A stretch of 63,666 nt of DNA, filler included, from Rhabdomonas costata (lineage: Eukaryota), in the NCBI GenBank assembly GCA_019059605.1. It is 55 parts of 55 records of this genome, joined end to end, with 100 filler letters (N's around TTAATTAATTAA, not from the genome) between each part and the next. Parts side by side here need not be neighbours in the genome. Positions count along the whole stretch, not along the records: positions 49,859 to 50,917 come from JAHMHO010030842.1; positions 51,018 to 52,072 come from JAHMHO010030843.1; positions 52,173 to 53,232 come from JAHMHO010030844.1; positions 53,333 to 54,391 come from JAHMHO010030845.1; positions 54,492 to 55,550 come from JAHMHO010030846.1; positions 55,651 to 56,709 come from JAHMHO010030847.1; positions 56,810 to 57,868 come from JAHMHO010030848.1; positions 57,969 to 59,027 come from JAHMHO010030849.1; 47 more parts are not named here. One strand, given 5' to 3'. Positions within the stretch are counted from its first letter, which is position 1. Each line of letters opens with the position of its first letter. This document shows, in pieces, positions 50,235-62,729 of this stretch. The position numbers and the translations under genes were made by a program. A model generated the notes under the pieces. That model saw only the letters and a list, made by a program, of their open reading frames with translations, had not been told where the DNA came from and did no database searches.

Positions 50235-52477
50235 CTGCGCCAACGGGAATAGAGATATTTGGAAAGTCCAGGAATGAACCTATGCCGGGGTTTAGCAGGG
50301 AGAGGAGAGCTGCGCGACGACACCAGCTCGTACTTCTCAGGGAGTAGGCCCCTTGGGAAGTCAACAACCCTCAAGCAGAGAGTTTGGACCAACCGTCGTG
50401 CACCCAGCAGTGGGACCAGGACCAGACCATTGACCCCACGCTCCCTCGGGAGTACGGCAAAATATAAGACGTTGCGCGCAGTATCCAGAATCTCAAACAC
50501 GGAAAAGGATGTGAACACTAGGCCGAACTCAGACGCGAATCCCGGAGAAACAAGAATGGGCACACACACTGGAACACATGTGGAGAGAGAAAGGATATTG
50601 ACAGTGGGTGAATGACTGTCGTTGGGTGCTGACGACCCTGCTCAGCACACCTACACTATTGCGCCACTTTGCTGGTGGAGAAAGGGAGGCGGAATTGTGC
50701 ACCCTGAAGCCCGAGTCACTTTCTTCCACCCACGCCAACGAGAAAAAGAAAACTCTCTCTCAAAAGCTCTGTTGAATAATATATTTTTTTTGAGGGGCAC
50801 AGGAGTTATGAAGCCAATGCCAGCGCTGTCTAAATACATCTATGCTTTGATGAAACGGAGTTAGATATACTGTACTTGCGCCCCCAAGAAAGACACGATC
50901 ATATTGTAACACAAACCNNNNNNNNNNNNNNNNNNNNNNNNNNNNNNNNNNNNNNNNNNNNTTAATTAATTAANNNNNNNNNNNNNNNNNNNNNNNNNNN
51001 NNNNNNNNNNNNNNNNNGGTTTTTTCGAGGTGATGTCCGGCATGAAGGCTCCCGTTGCTAGAAATTTGGGGTTGAGGAAATCTTTTTCATGTGTTTCGCG
51101 GGTGACTTGGAAGAAAAGAACAGAAGAGAACAGAAAAGAACAAGGCGACGCAACTCTGGGATGCCGAAAACCCGCGAAAGGGAAATTCCTTGCAAAGACA
51201 GTTCGAATTTCATCCCCCCCACAGGGCGATTGTTTGATGCGAAGCTGAACTACCAGCTGCTTCTCCAGCAAAGATCGCTTAGTTTGCCATGGTCCGTACT
51301 GAAACTCCTCCTCAAACGCACATTACCAGGGCCTTGCTTTGAAGATATTGCAAGTGATTGAGTCTTCAGTGCTTCGCCTTTTGTTCTGTAGCAACGATGA
51401 AGCTTCGCCGCTCTGCTGTGTCTGAAAAGTACTCCAGCCTCATCGAGAGCCTGTACGCTGGATCGGCCAGTGCCTAAGGCGGTGTTTCCCAAAAACCCCT
51501 ACCGCACAGAGCTTCACCCGAGGAAAGTGAGCGCTCTCGTTTTCTCTCTGGTTGTGTGTCTGCGTGAGTGTTTGTTTATGCCTTGGGGCGGATGACCTCA
51601 GAGCGAGTGAATTTTGACCATTTTGACCATTTTGTTTTTTTTCGGGAGAATTGTACTCCCCACACTCCCCACTGCAGAGCCTGTCGTGCGTGAGCATCAG
51701 CGGATGCCCCATATAAACAACACGCTTGCTAAGAAGTTTGCATTGGAAGACATCTTCGCAGAAGACAGAAGATGGCCACCGCAGCCGGTTCCCGAATGGG
51801 CTGCCTTTCGGACACCTCTTTCGGCCCCCGACTCCTTTCTATTGCGGTGGTTGCGGTTCCAGCCTTCCACTTTCCCTCCAGCAAAGGCCTCAAAACGCAT
51901 CTTCTCTCGGTTTCTTCTGCCTTGTCATCCCAAACATTACCTGTTTTGGCCCTGTTTGCTTTTCTTGCTTCCTTTTCGCGTTCTCCTACCTTCTGCCCTT
52001 TTCACGCGCTGCGCCACTGCCTGCACAAGCCGTACCGCGCAAACGCTTGAAAAGGGCAGAAGGTAGGAGGACNNNNNNNNNNNNNNNNNNNNNNNNNNNN
52101 NNNNNNNNNNNNNNNNTTAATTAATTAANNNNNNNNNNNNNNNNNNNNNNNNNNNNNNNNNNNNNNNNNNNNGATCGAGTTTATCTCATCCCACCCTGAG
52201 TGGAGGTCAGCTCAATTCCAGATGTGGGTTCCGATTTGATGTCAGGAAATCTGCCACCTCCTAAGCCTAGCGCAGCCCCTGCACCACAGATGGAGCAGAG
52301 TTTTTTTAACCCAAATGGTATCCTTTTTTCCAGAGCATGGAGCAGCAGCAGCAGCGGGCCAATCACGATCTTACACAGGAGTTGCTGCGGAGAGTGGTGG
52401 CTGGACCCTCAGCGGAAGGTTTACGGACCAGCTTCCACCAGGCCTCTGGTGGTCTCTGCAAAATTCTTAGCGGGAAT

Positions 52478-53223
52478 GTGCCTGGAGCTCTCTGCATAAC
52501 ACTTGCGCTGGCTCTTTGGTGGGTCGGGAGCGGCCATGCCTCCTGCCCCCTCTAGTTTGACTGATCTACACTCTTCTGAGATTCTCCAACTGACCACTTC
52601 TTTACAATTCTCTGAACCAACTCCGTCTTATCCAATTATCACAATCCCTATAAAAGTGGCTCGTACTTCCACAATACATACACACTCTTGAAGGGAACTA
52701 CGGCTTCGCGTTCTCCAAACTTGAACTCTGAAAAGTTGATTTCTCGGAAATTGTGTTTTGTGGACACTTCTGTACCATCAGATGCGTGGCATTCCCCCAG
52801 GATCGCAGTATAACGACGTTGTTCGTGTACCTTTTCCCTTTCCAAGTACGTTAAGGCATTTGCACAGCCTTTCCCCTGCAAAATCAATGTTGAACTCGCA
52901 TAAGCAAAGGCTCTTAAAGGCGAGTCGCCAGCTGTATGCTCCCTGTGGAAGTCGGGCTTGGGGGTCGAGGCGGTGAGACATCTCCCATCCTGGGAAACGA
53001 GGGAATTCTGGGTCTACGCTTCTAGACGGTGAAGGTGCCTGGAGCTCTCTGCATAACACTTGCGCTGGCTCTTTGGTGGGGCGGGAGCGGCCATGCCTCC
53101 TGCCCCCTCTAGTTTGACTGGTCTACACTCTTCTGAGATTCTCCAACTGACCACTTCTTTACAATTCTCTGAACCAACTCCGTCTTATCCAATTATCACA
53201 ATCCCTATAAAAGTGGCTCGTAC
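52478..53223. repeat. Direct repeat of at least 189 bp (52478-52666 and 53035-53223, 557 bp apart)
   Basis: The two copies differ at two positions I could see. The second copy is cut by the contig end. Confidence 0.95.
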
Positions 53224-54901
53224 ACCCACAACNNNNNNNNNNNNNNNNNNNNNNNNNNNNNNNNNNNNNNNNNNNNTTAATTAATTAANNNNNNNNNNNN
53301 NNNNNNNNNNNNNNNNNNNNNNNNNNNNNNNNTTTTGTGGGGAAAGGCTGAGGAGAGACCACACCGTCGGTGGAGAGGGAACATGAGAAAGAAAACACAC
53401 TATGGGTAGGCCCTGCAACCCTATAACCTGTCGCGGGACAGCAAACCCTTCCCTATATTTCAGGGGACAGGTGGGTCACGGTATGTGTGGGTAAGCCCCG
53501 TGCACCGACAGTGGAAGGTAAATGGAAAATACAAGTCCTTCCAGAGAAGACAGTACCATCGAGGCACCATCGAACATCAATGAAGCTGGCGCTCCAAGGC
53601 GTCCAGCAAATTACACAAACACATCAACCGGGTGGAAAGAATATTGGAGAAGAAAACAAGAAAAGAAAACAAGAGATTCTGAATCAGAAGGCAGCAGCAA
53701 GAGACAAAAAAGGGGTGCACCCGAACTGTGTGTGCGTCGCTGCTGTGATGTGGTGCGCTCGCAGAGACGAAAAGGAGGAAACCTCTCCACCCAGCTTCTC
53801 AGCCTCATCTCAGCACAGTACACACACCAACTGCACAACGCATTCTGTTCTGGTTGAGGTATTTTGTGTTTACAGCGGGGTTTTGACGGTTGTCATCTGT
53901 TGAGATGACAGAAGCTCTTGGTCTCAGAGGGGTCCTCCCAACAGCAGTGGGTTTACGCTACGAAGAAGATGGAGATGGGCGGTCAGTGTGCCAAACCCAA
54001 AGTCGATGCTGTGCTTCAGTGGGACGTCGGACTCCAGTTTCGCGAGATCGATGGACTGAGAATTAACACAGAGCAGAAGCTGAAGGAATCGGGTTAAACG
54101 GAAAGTTACAAAACGACACAAAACATAAACCTATAATTAGGTGCAGAAAGAAAGCTGAAGACGAGCCAACGAAGCTCTGTCATCCGAGCGTCCAACGCAT
54201 GCCATGAATTAAAAGCAGCCTGCTCAAAGGATGAATTCAAAGACTTATATGTGAAGCTGGAGAAGTTGTAGTCGGGTTCGGGGCAATCATTGGCACGGCA
54301 CCCCCCAAAGGATTCCGTCTAAGAATAACTGAGCGCCAATATTTCAATAATTACGTAACGAGTTGAGCAGTCGTGAAATTGACCACCAACCNNNNNNNNN
54401 NNNNNNNNNNNNNNNNNNNNNNNNNNNNNNNNNNNTTAATTAATTAANNNNNNNNNNNNNNNNNNNNNNNNNNNNNNNNNNNNNNNNNNNNGTTGGGGGT
54501 GAGAGGGAAGCGAGTGGAACGATCTGCGGGGACGTCTGTTCCCAGTTCTGCCGCTGAAACGCCTTTCCCTAAGATCAAAAGAGAATGGTTTACTGTCCCC
54601 CTCTCAAACACATGGTAACAGACGTCCCCGCAGATCGTTCCACTCGCTTCCCTCTCACCTCCGGCCAATCTGTGACTTTCGTAAACGCACACAGCAGATA
54701 GATGCTAGATAGTTTTAGCTGCTCTTTGATTTCGCTAAACGCAGCGTTGCAGATAAATACAATTATACGTAACTTTTCCTTTTTTTTCGCTCTAATGCAG
54801 TCTCATTAATTTTTTATAATGATGGTATTGTAAGCACGACGGAGCGGAAGCTGCCGCGTGTGTGGTGTGGTCCGAAGTATCGCGCTTTCGTTGTGCCTCA
54901 G

Positions 54902-55015
54902 GAAAACCCCAAGAAGTTCCTTCCGGGGTGCAAAATGGCCTTCGCTGGGCTGAAGAAGCCCCAGGACCGAGCCGACATAATCGCCTATATGAGGAGGAAC
55001 GGGGGTGAGGGCTGA
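54902..55015 (+). CDS. Mitochondrial-type cytochrome c, C-terminal exon (not in the ORF track)
   Basis: After gcctcag| the frame reads [37 protein letters not shown], matching NPKKxxPGTKMxFAGxKKxxxRADxIAY with the Met80 ligand. Confidence 0.93.
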   Translation, partial: ENPKKFLPGCKMAFAGLKKPQDRADIIAYMRRNGGEG

Positions 55016-57968
55016 GAGAGGATGCTCTGCGCATGAGGAGGCCCTGAGGGGTCAGAAGAGTGACTTTGCCCGTCAGCGCTAGGACCTTGTTTGTGGCGTA
55101 CGCTGAGAGGACAAGGGAAGCACACATCTGAGGACAAGTTGAATTGATGGGTACACAGCTCAATAGTGTATAGGCCTTGTGCTCCGGCCTGACTCGGCTT
55201 CACGTGGTGAAGGGCGGAAAGGATGCGGAGTCTTCCCGTTATTGGAAATTACCTGGCAAAATGTTTTCTGAAAGAACTTGGGGACTTTTCACCAGTGTTG
55301 TTGCCGCCACTGGTATCGCACAGACGCCTTGATTTTGCTTTGCCGTAGTAGTGCCTGAGCTAAGTCAATGGGACTCCTCCGAGTTGAGTTCATTCCCTCC
55401 CCTCTCCTTCATCGAGGTTGTTGGCACTGTCCGATGCCCAGTCGCCGTTCTCGCAAGCCTGTGGAACCTCCCCTTGTTTTTGTCATAGTATTGTGAAGCA
55501 AACCAATGCGTGGAGGTGCTCGTGCCCTTCACGCAATTCCCCCCAAACCCNNNNNNNNNNNNNNNNNNNNNNNNNNNNNNNNNNNNNNNNNNNNTTAATT
55601 AATTAANNNNNNNNNNNNNNNNNNNNNNNNNNNNNNNNNNNNNNNNNNNNCAAAAAGAGGAAGTGAAAACCGGGGGGGGTGGAGGTATGGCCCAGTTGTG
55701 GTGTATTTCATTAAATGCGCATTTCAGCTCATCGTTCGGCCGGATAAGAATGCAGTGGATAATGTGCTGCTGAATTTTATCATGCGCAGCGCAGCATTCC
55801 TACCTCAACCGCCTTCTTCCACAGGGCTATAGGCTGGAGGTTGCTGAGTTGAAGAAGGTTGCTTCGGTTCGCCTTTCAGCGCAGGTGTTCCCCTCTTTCT
55901 CCCTCCCTCTCTTTCTGATCGTTCAAGGCCCCCATGGCAGCTGCACACCGAAGCATTTTGGCCCCACTTTGGTATCAGCATCTGGCCTTCCCTTAGCATG
56001 CGAAGCATCCCCAAGCCGAAAACCCAGGCTCAGTGTGCCAGTCGAAAAGGCCCATGTAGATAGTAGTGTCAGCCAGAGGACGGCGATTGGTGCTCGTTCT
56101 GAGACATACGAAAACATTTGCCGCTGTTGGAGGACCCATAGACATTTCCATGAAAAACACCACAGAACAGGAACCGTCCGCTTCACCAAAAAAACAGCTC
56201 TGGAGTGTTCTGGTAGTACATGGTGTAAATACACCCGTTGTTTTGATGCTCTCAGGTGGACGCCCCAGTTTTGGTGCTGCAGTGCTTTGCTCGGTATGAA
56301 AGCGAAAAAATGGGACGGAAAATACGTGGTGGGCTTTTGGAGGAATGCGCTTTGGGGAGGTGTTTTTAAATGAATGTGAACCCTGTGGTTTGCAGTGCTC
56401 GAAATATGGCACCCCACTGCTTGGAGGAAAAACTTGTAACTTTCCGAAGAAACTTGTCTGTGGGTAGCCAAGATAACAATATAAAGCCCGGCATCGTTGC
56501 AGTTCACTGCTGTTTGTGCTGTGGTATTTTGTCTGCCTTGAACATGATTTTCATGCAAATGCATTTCGGAGTTTCGGTTGCGGTTTTGAAGAAACTGCTG
56601 CTCCCTCCCCCTCAGCCAAAACGCAGTTCTGGTGTCTCCAGACGAGGTTAAGGATCTCTCCCTGAAGCCTCACATTGTGAGTCTGCCTCGTGAGAAGAGT
56701 GTGGAAACANNNNNNNNNNNNNNNNNNNNNNNNNNNNNNNNNNNNNNNNNNNNTTAATTAATTAANNNNNNNNNNNNNNNNNNNNNNNNNNNNNNNNNNN
56801 NNNNNNNNNTTGTGTTTTGTGTTCTTTTATCAGGGGGGAGGGCGTCCATGATAAAAGAACACAAAACGGACCAAACACCTTCATCACAAAAAGAAGGGTA
56901 ACAGGTTGGGTACGGGCTGGGACTGAGTGAGAAACGTCTAAATCACACCGAAAGCTTCAGAATTCGATTGTCCGCATTCTTTCGGGGACAGTCAAAACAG
57001 CGAAGGGGCTGCAAACTCAGAAATGCAGTTCAGTCAGATTGCAACTGCATGCATTTCTGCTTCTCCGCTCTGATTGTTTCTTATTGATTACAGCTCACAT
57101 TTACAGAGTTATACCTGGTGGTCGAACCTCTTTTTCAGCGGAAACCGCCGGAAACCAGCTGGAAACTCACCAAAGAGATGAACTTTACTTGCATTCGTGC
57201 CATTCTTAGAAGACTTGCAGGTGGGTAATTGGTGATACACTTGTCCCCTCCCCCGATGGAAATATGCTTACAAGGTGAGCTGGAACCTTGGTGTTTTGTT
57301 CAATGAAGTATTCTGGCAAGTTTCCGTTTCTGCAAAAGTGTCGGTTTGGTTTCGACCAACTGTACGAGACCCATTTAAGATTTAAAATAAACAGTTCAGT
57401 TGAATTTCGGTCCCCCGCCCCACTTCTGGGGGAGGGATTCCCCAGAGTTGGCTCATGCGGCCTTGAGGGATTCCCAGGCCCGGGGGTACCCCCTGTATTA
57501 CTACCGGTATTTCTACTACGGTATGACACACAGTAAAGCGTCACAGGATCTGTGGCTACTAATGATCAAGGATGATGCTTCCTCGGTTTCTGCAGCTGAA
57601 ACCTGCAAGATAATACGGAACAAATCAGTCCAACCAAACAAATTTCCTAGTCAAACTAAATGCAGCGTGCTATTATGCTTTTCCTCGGGGGGTTGGCATT
57701 GGCACACATCCACACACAAACTTCTGATCTAGAACATAATGTTGTTATTGCAGGTGGTAAATCTGCGTGATTAGAACCGTAGATTACAAAAGTTTCTGTA
57801 AGGAAACCGTTCTGTTTTGTGCCCATTCAAAATAACAGCCACGCAAGCCCCGGATAAACCCCACCTCANNNNNNNNNNNNNNNNNNNNNNNNNNNNNNNN
57901 NNNNNNNNNNNNTTAATTAATTAANNNNNNNNNNNNNNNNNNNNNNNNNNNNNNNNNNNNNNNNNNNN

Positions 57969-59027
57969 GGGTTGTGGGAAGGCACACGGAGAACAGCTCT
58001 TGGGGCTCCGCGATGCCCTTTAGGGTGAAGCACCCCGCGTCCACCACCAGAATCTCCGACCGACACCCCTCCCGTAGCCGCTCCAGGGCCGCCCGGCTGG
58101 CCAGCACTTGCCCCCCAATCGCTTTGGACTCCACCCGCGCCGCGAAGTTAATCGTCGGCCCAAAGTAGTCCGCCTGTGGTGCGTAACCGTGCTTGCAGAC
58201 ACCACATCACTGCCCTCTTCAAGTGAGGGAGTGTGGGAAAGTCGAATAACGGTGGTAGTGTATGTGTGCGGGGGGGGGGGGTCAGGAAAGCAGAATGTGC
58301 AAGGTTTTCCAGCACGAGCGGCTGGCGACCGCAACCTAGCCAATCTTAGTGCGCCTTCAAAGCCCTCCATTAAAACATACACATTTTCTGGGAATATGAG
58401 GGATGGTGGGGAGCAGCTCTTCTTTTGGGGGAGAATAATTCTGATTGGGTTGCGGCCTCTTTCTGCACGTAAAATACCCAGAAGACCTCTTGAAAGCGAA
58501 CGCCTCCCCGCACCCTCCTCCAGTTATGGGAGACTGAGGGACAAGCCCTTATAATCTTATAACGACAAAAGGAACATCAATAGCGAAGAAAGGACAAAAG
58601 GAAAAATTCAAAAAAGCATGCGGTTACGCGGAAGCGATTAGATGAGTGGGACCAGCCTCAGCGTTCGAGATAGAATTAGGGTTATGGTTGTTGGGACCCA
58701 CGGAATAAGGGTTCCAATGGAGAGGCTGTAGGGGCAACGCTGTCTCCTCCTGGAAAGGCAGCCACACCCGGAAGGTCTCGCGGTTGATCTCCACCTGGGC
58801 CGGCCCGACGTGCACCCCGACCCGGATTCTCAACCCGCGCCAGAGCAGGTGCTTCCCGCACGGGCTCCACTCCTCCGCGCAGTCTGGGAGGCTCAGTAGA
58901 GCGGGGGGCCACACCGAGTGCATCACCTCGCGCTGCACGTGCACCGCGAAGCGGAGCGCGTTGGTAGGCTCCGCGAAGGCCACGAAGAAGCTGTCCCCGA
59001 TGGTCTTCACCTCACACCCACACCACC
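57969..59027 (-). CDS. Class III adenylate cyclase catalytic domain, exons 58768-59027 and 57969-58173
   Basis: EVKTIGDSFFVAF...WRGLRIRVGVHVG | ADYFGPTINFAARVES.A.GGQVL...LKGIAEP. The catalytic K, D and N..AR residues are intact. GT-AG intron in phase 0. Confidence 0.95.
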
Positions 59028-59334
59028 NNNNNNNNNNNNNNNNNNNNNNNNNNNNNNNNNNNNNNNNNNNNTTAATTAATTAANNNNNNNNNNNNNNNNN
59101 NNNNNNNNNNNNNNNNNNNNNNNNNNNTTTTGTTGGTACAGAAAGGGCTGCTTCATCTCCAATGTTCAATGTGCTTCAACACATTTCTCTTGCTACTGGC
59201 ACGGAGCCGATCTCATCAGCTTACCGGAGCACAGCGCAATGCGGTGAAGCATCAAAACAAATCTGTTTGAGTGAGTGAGTGAGTGTGTGAGTGAGTGAGT
59301 GAGTGAGTGTGTGTGTCTGTGTGTGTGCGCGCGT

Positions 59335-60072
59335 GCAGTACCCAGAGAACAGGGCGCGGTGAACTAGCAGCAGGACCATCGCAATGGGCTTGTACTTGTT
59401 CCTCCAGAGGTCCACCACAACCCCCGGCGCTGGGTCGGTAAAGACCGACCGTGCTCCAACACTGTGTGGGGTGTGTGGGCTTGTGGGTTGCACCGGAAGG
59501 CCGGCAAAGGCGTTGGTCGGGCTGATCGGCGAGGAAAGGCCCAGAGGCTCTCGAAGAGCAGAGATAGTGGTCAGCACGTACCCGCGCAAGGTGCCTGGCG
59601 CGCAAAGGAGAAGTAACTGAACGAAAATCAAACTCTAGTGTAAACAATACAGGAAACACGCAAAGTCACCAAAGTAAACCGGGCAGGTGAAGGGGCCGTT
59701 GGGCTAATTGCCAAGCGCGTGGTAACCTCCCTTCTGCCCCACGGGTCCCTGGCTTTTGTCGCGTAGCTGCTTTGTGTGTGTGTGAATTATTGTTACATCG
59801 ATGGAAAGAACTGATCAGCAGTGTCAGAAACGGAGAACAGACATTCTTGCAAACAGAATCATGGCTTGAAAACAAAATCGAAAAGGAAAAAAAGCGAGCA
59901 ACAGGAAAAAGCAGAACGGTAAGTTACCAACGTGGCAACGATCGATTCTAAGGCTCTTGTTGCTGACAACCTCCGCCACCAGCTTGAGCACCGTGCAGCA
60001 CAGTCCAGGTTCTCGCAGGCCATAGTGGTGGGCCATCCGAAGAAGTACCAGCAGCTTGGAGTGGTCGAACCA
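59335..60072 (-). CDS. Exportin-7/RanBP16-like protein, exons 59932-60072, 59670-59703 and about 59335-59594
   Basis: WFDHSKLLVLL...VLKLVAEVVSNKSLRI...PNG...KYKPIAMVLLLVHRALFSGY parallels XPO7 LLKFMAEFVLNKAQRL..SPNG...KYKGIW...RALAGNY. Exon phases are consistent. Confidence 0.7.
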
Positions 60073-60586
60073 CTGGGATATTCAGAACAACACATGATGA
60101 ACTTCGGCCACCCAGAAACGAGCCGCTGCCAACGGCATTTAGTAGCATCCAATTTCCAGATTTGCAGCCAACTTCAACAAAACACCNNNNNNNNNNNNNN
60201 NNNNNNNNNNNNNNNNNNNNNNNNNNNNNNTTAATTAATTAANNNNNNNNNNNNNNNNNNNNNNNNNNNNNNNNNNNNNNNNNNNNTTGAACTTCTTCGC
60301 CATCTTCTGTCCTTACCTGCCATTCCTTTACTTCTCAAAACGACTTCCTTTGTACACGTACTGCCATGCATGGGAATATGCATGTGAAGCTGACGCTGCG
60401 TGCTGCCGTTCCCTATATTTCAGACGTAGAATACAGATTGAGAACCTCTCACCATCACCCACTACCCCAACACCATTGCGACAGCTGCATTGTTTGCAAA
60501 TAGAACGTAAGCTTGTTCAGTGAGAGTCTCTGAAAGAATTTTCCTGGTCTCCGAAAGGTGAGGTGGTGGAGGTGGAGGTGGGTCAC

Positions 60587-61095
60587 CTGCGTTATTTCCG
60601 GCAAGGATAGCAGCAGGAAGGGCTCCGAGGTATAGATCTCCCTAACCTTCAGAACCTCGTCGCTCGGATTGTACACCGTAAGGGGAGAATGAAACGTTTT
60701 ATCGACAGGCAACTTGTGCCCAAGAAGCGGCCTCACCCTGTACGAATTGTTGACCCCGATTCCGGAGACATTGTACAGGAAGTTGCCCGCGGAGGTGGTG
60801 ACGAACAAGGTGCCTTTCACAGACCCCAGGATTTGCGGCAGGAAGGCCACTGCAATTTGAGGCTGCGAAGAGTCCTGCAAAAAGAAAAGGGGCAAGGAAA
60901 AATGCCAAGAAAAGATGAGAGAAACGGCCAGAGACATCTCAGGTGGAGTCACAGACACCGGGTCTTTCTCCACAGCTGGGTGAAAGTGGAGCCAAGCATC
61001 CGTTGAGACGGACTCCACCAGCAGGGAAATATCGCGGAAGGCCAGTGTAATCTTCTTCAGCACTGGGATGCACAAAGGCCTGAAGAACAGTTCAG
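60587..61095 (-). CDS. TMEM131-like protein, N-terminal Ig/PapD-like region; exons about 60926-61095 and 60587-60874
   Basis: VAFLPQILGSVKGTLFVTTSAGNFLYNVSGIGVNNSYRVRPLLG...YNPSDEVLKVREIYTS matches TMEM131 VFLPR.VG.VENTLFINTS..G.F.YQVFG.GV.NPYRLRP. Confidence 0.8.
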
Positions 61096-61445
61096 CGAAC
61101 AGTACAGCCGCATTACAAACCGCAAGAAACATCAACAAACAGCCACGAGGTGGTGAAGAGGAGTAAACTCGCGCGGGGCGCAGAACGTTATCTATTTCCA
61201 CAAGCAATGATCAGAACAAAATAGATGTGGGGTGTAAAAAAAACGGAGACCACAGATCAGAGACCTTCGGAGAGTGAAAGAACAAAAAACACATAGACGA
61301 CAAAAACCCGTTGGCAAGCTCGCAGAAATACCTTTCCCCACAACCNNNNNNNNNNNNNNNNNNNNNNNNNNNNNNNNNNNNNNNNNNNNTTAATTAATTA
61401 ANNNNNNNNNNNNNNNNNNNNNNNNNNNNNNNNNNNNNNNNNNNN

Positions 61446-61449
61446 CCCA

Positions 61450-61498
<49 letters not shown>
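61446..61498. repeat. (CA)n microsatellite
   Basis: Directly visible in the sequence. Confidence 0.97.
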
Positions 61499-61501
<3 letters not shown>

Positions 61502-62729
61502 TGACTTAGATCCGGCAAAGGGGTGAACAACTCGGGAATGGGTGCCGATCGTGTTTGGTCTTCGCGTCCTGAATAACTCAATCCCAAAGCGTAAGCAGGA
61601 GCGTGAAGAGAATGCGGTGCAAGCGGCACATTTCGGGTTTCGTTTTCAGCCAGTCTGTCACACCAGTGCATCGTCCAAGACAACAACAGGTTGAGCAAAC
61701 AGAATGGAACAGCAGATACCGTAGATACAGCAGATACAGTAGATAGATAGCACATAGTATAGGGAAGCAGAGATACGCGGAGGTGCTAGAGGACAGAGAG
61801 AATTTCGTCAACCCACCGTCGCTCTGCACGTTTGTGGCCACGGACGTGAACCACTTTTCAGTGGGACGTTTTGTTTGTTCCCCTGGGTCTATTTTCCCCA
61901 GAGTGATTGAATTATTTTGGACGCGAAGGCCAGACGCAGTGCGGCCGGAGCCACCCCACTTCAGGATTGTACCCACACCCCACCTTTGCCGCATCCCCAC
62001 CTTACCTCCCCGGACATATTCGTTCATGGGGGAGGGAGGGAGATCGAGTTTCAGCCCAAGACCCCGCTTTGGGACATACGGGGCCCAACAGCTGATTTGT
62101 ATGTCTTGGGGTTGGGATGAACTGGGTGAGATGGAGGGGGAGGGGTCTTCATGTTCTTCAGAAAGGCGCACGGAAGCGCGGGGCTTCGGCGGTGGATGCA
62201 AATTCCACTCAATCTCCGGTGAAATCTCCTAAACTCGTTGGTTTGTTCACCTCCTCCCTTTTCCTTCCCTCCCCTCTTTCTCTCTTTCTGCACGTGTGGG
62301 CATCGACCGCCCCCTTTGTCGACTCCACCACGATCGCCACGGTCACGCGGGACGTTTCGAAACTGAACTCCAGAACGACCAGGAGGTCCTGTTCATTTAA
62401 TCGGTCGATCTTTGCTTCGGGCTTGAGCTGAAACTCGACCCCCCCCCCTCTCTCTCTCTCTCGGCATGAACCAAAAGTAGGGGGTCGAGCTTAAGCTCAA
62501 ACCCCACNNNNNNNNNNNNNNNNNNNNNNNNNNNNNNNNNNNNNNNNNNNNTTAATTAATTAANNNNNNNNNNNNNNNNNNNNNNNNNNNNNNNNNNNNN
62601 NNNNNNNGTGTGTGTGTATGAAAATAAAGAAATGTTTATCACGTATAATCAATTAAAATATATGAGTTTACCGCATTGTTTCACATGTCATTCAACACAA
62701 GGATTAACAATTACTAAACCATATACAAT

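Noticed and set aside
8860..60874. Euglena-type non-conventional (non GT/GC-AG, hairpin) introns
   Set aside because: Every exon boundary I could fix by protein homology has an AG acceptor and a GT or GC donor. None could be supported without transcripts.
1061..62607. Regularly spaced identical TTAATTAATTAA with ~1.06-kb unique spacers, resembling a CRISPR, cassette or nanochromosome array
   Set aside because: The motif is flanked by fixed N44 runs and is a six-frame-stop scaffolding linker. The uniform spacing reflects contigs binned by length.
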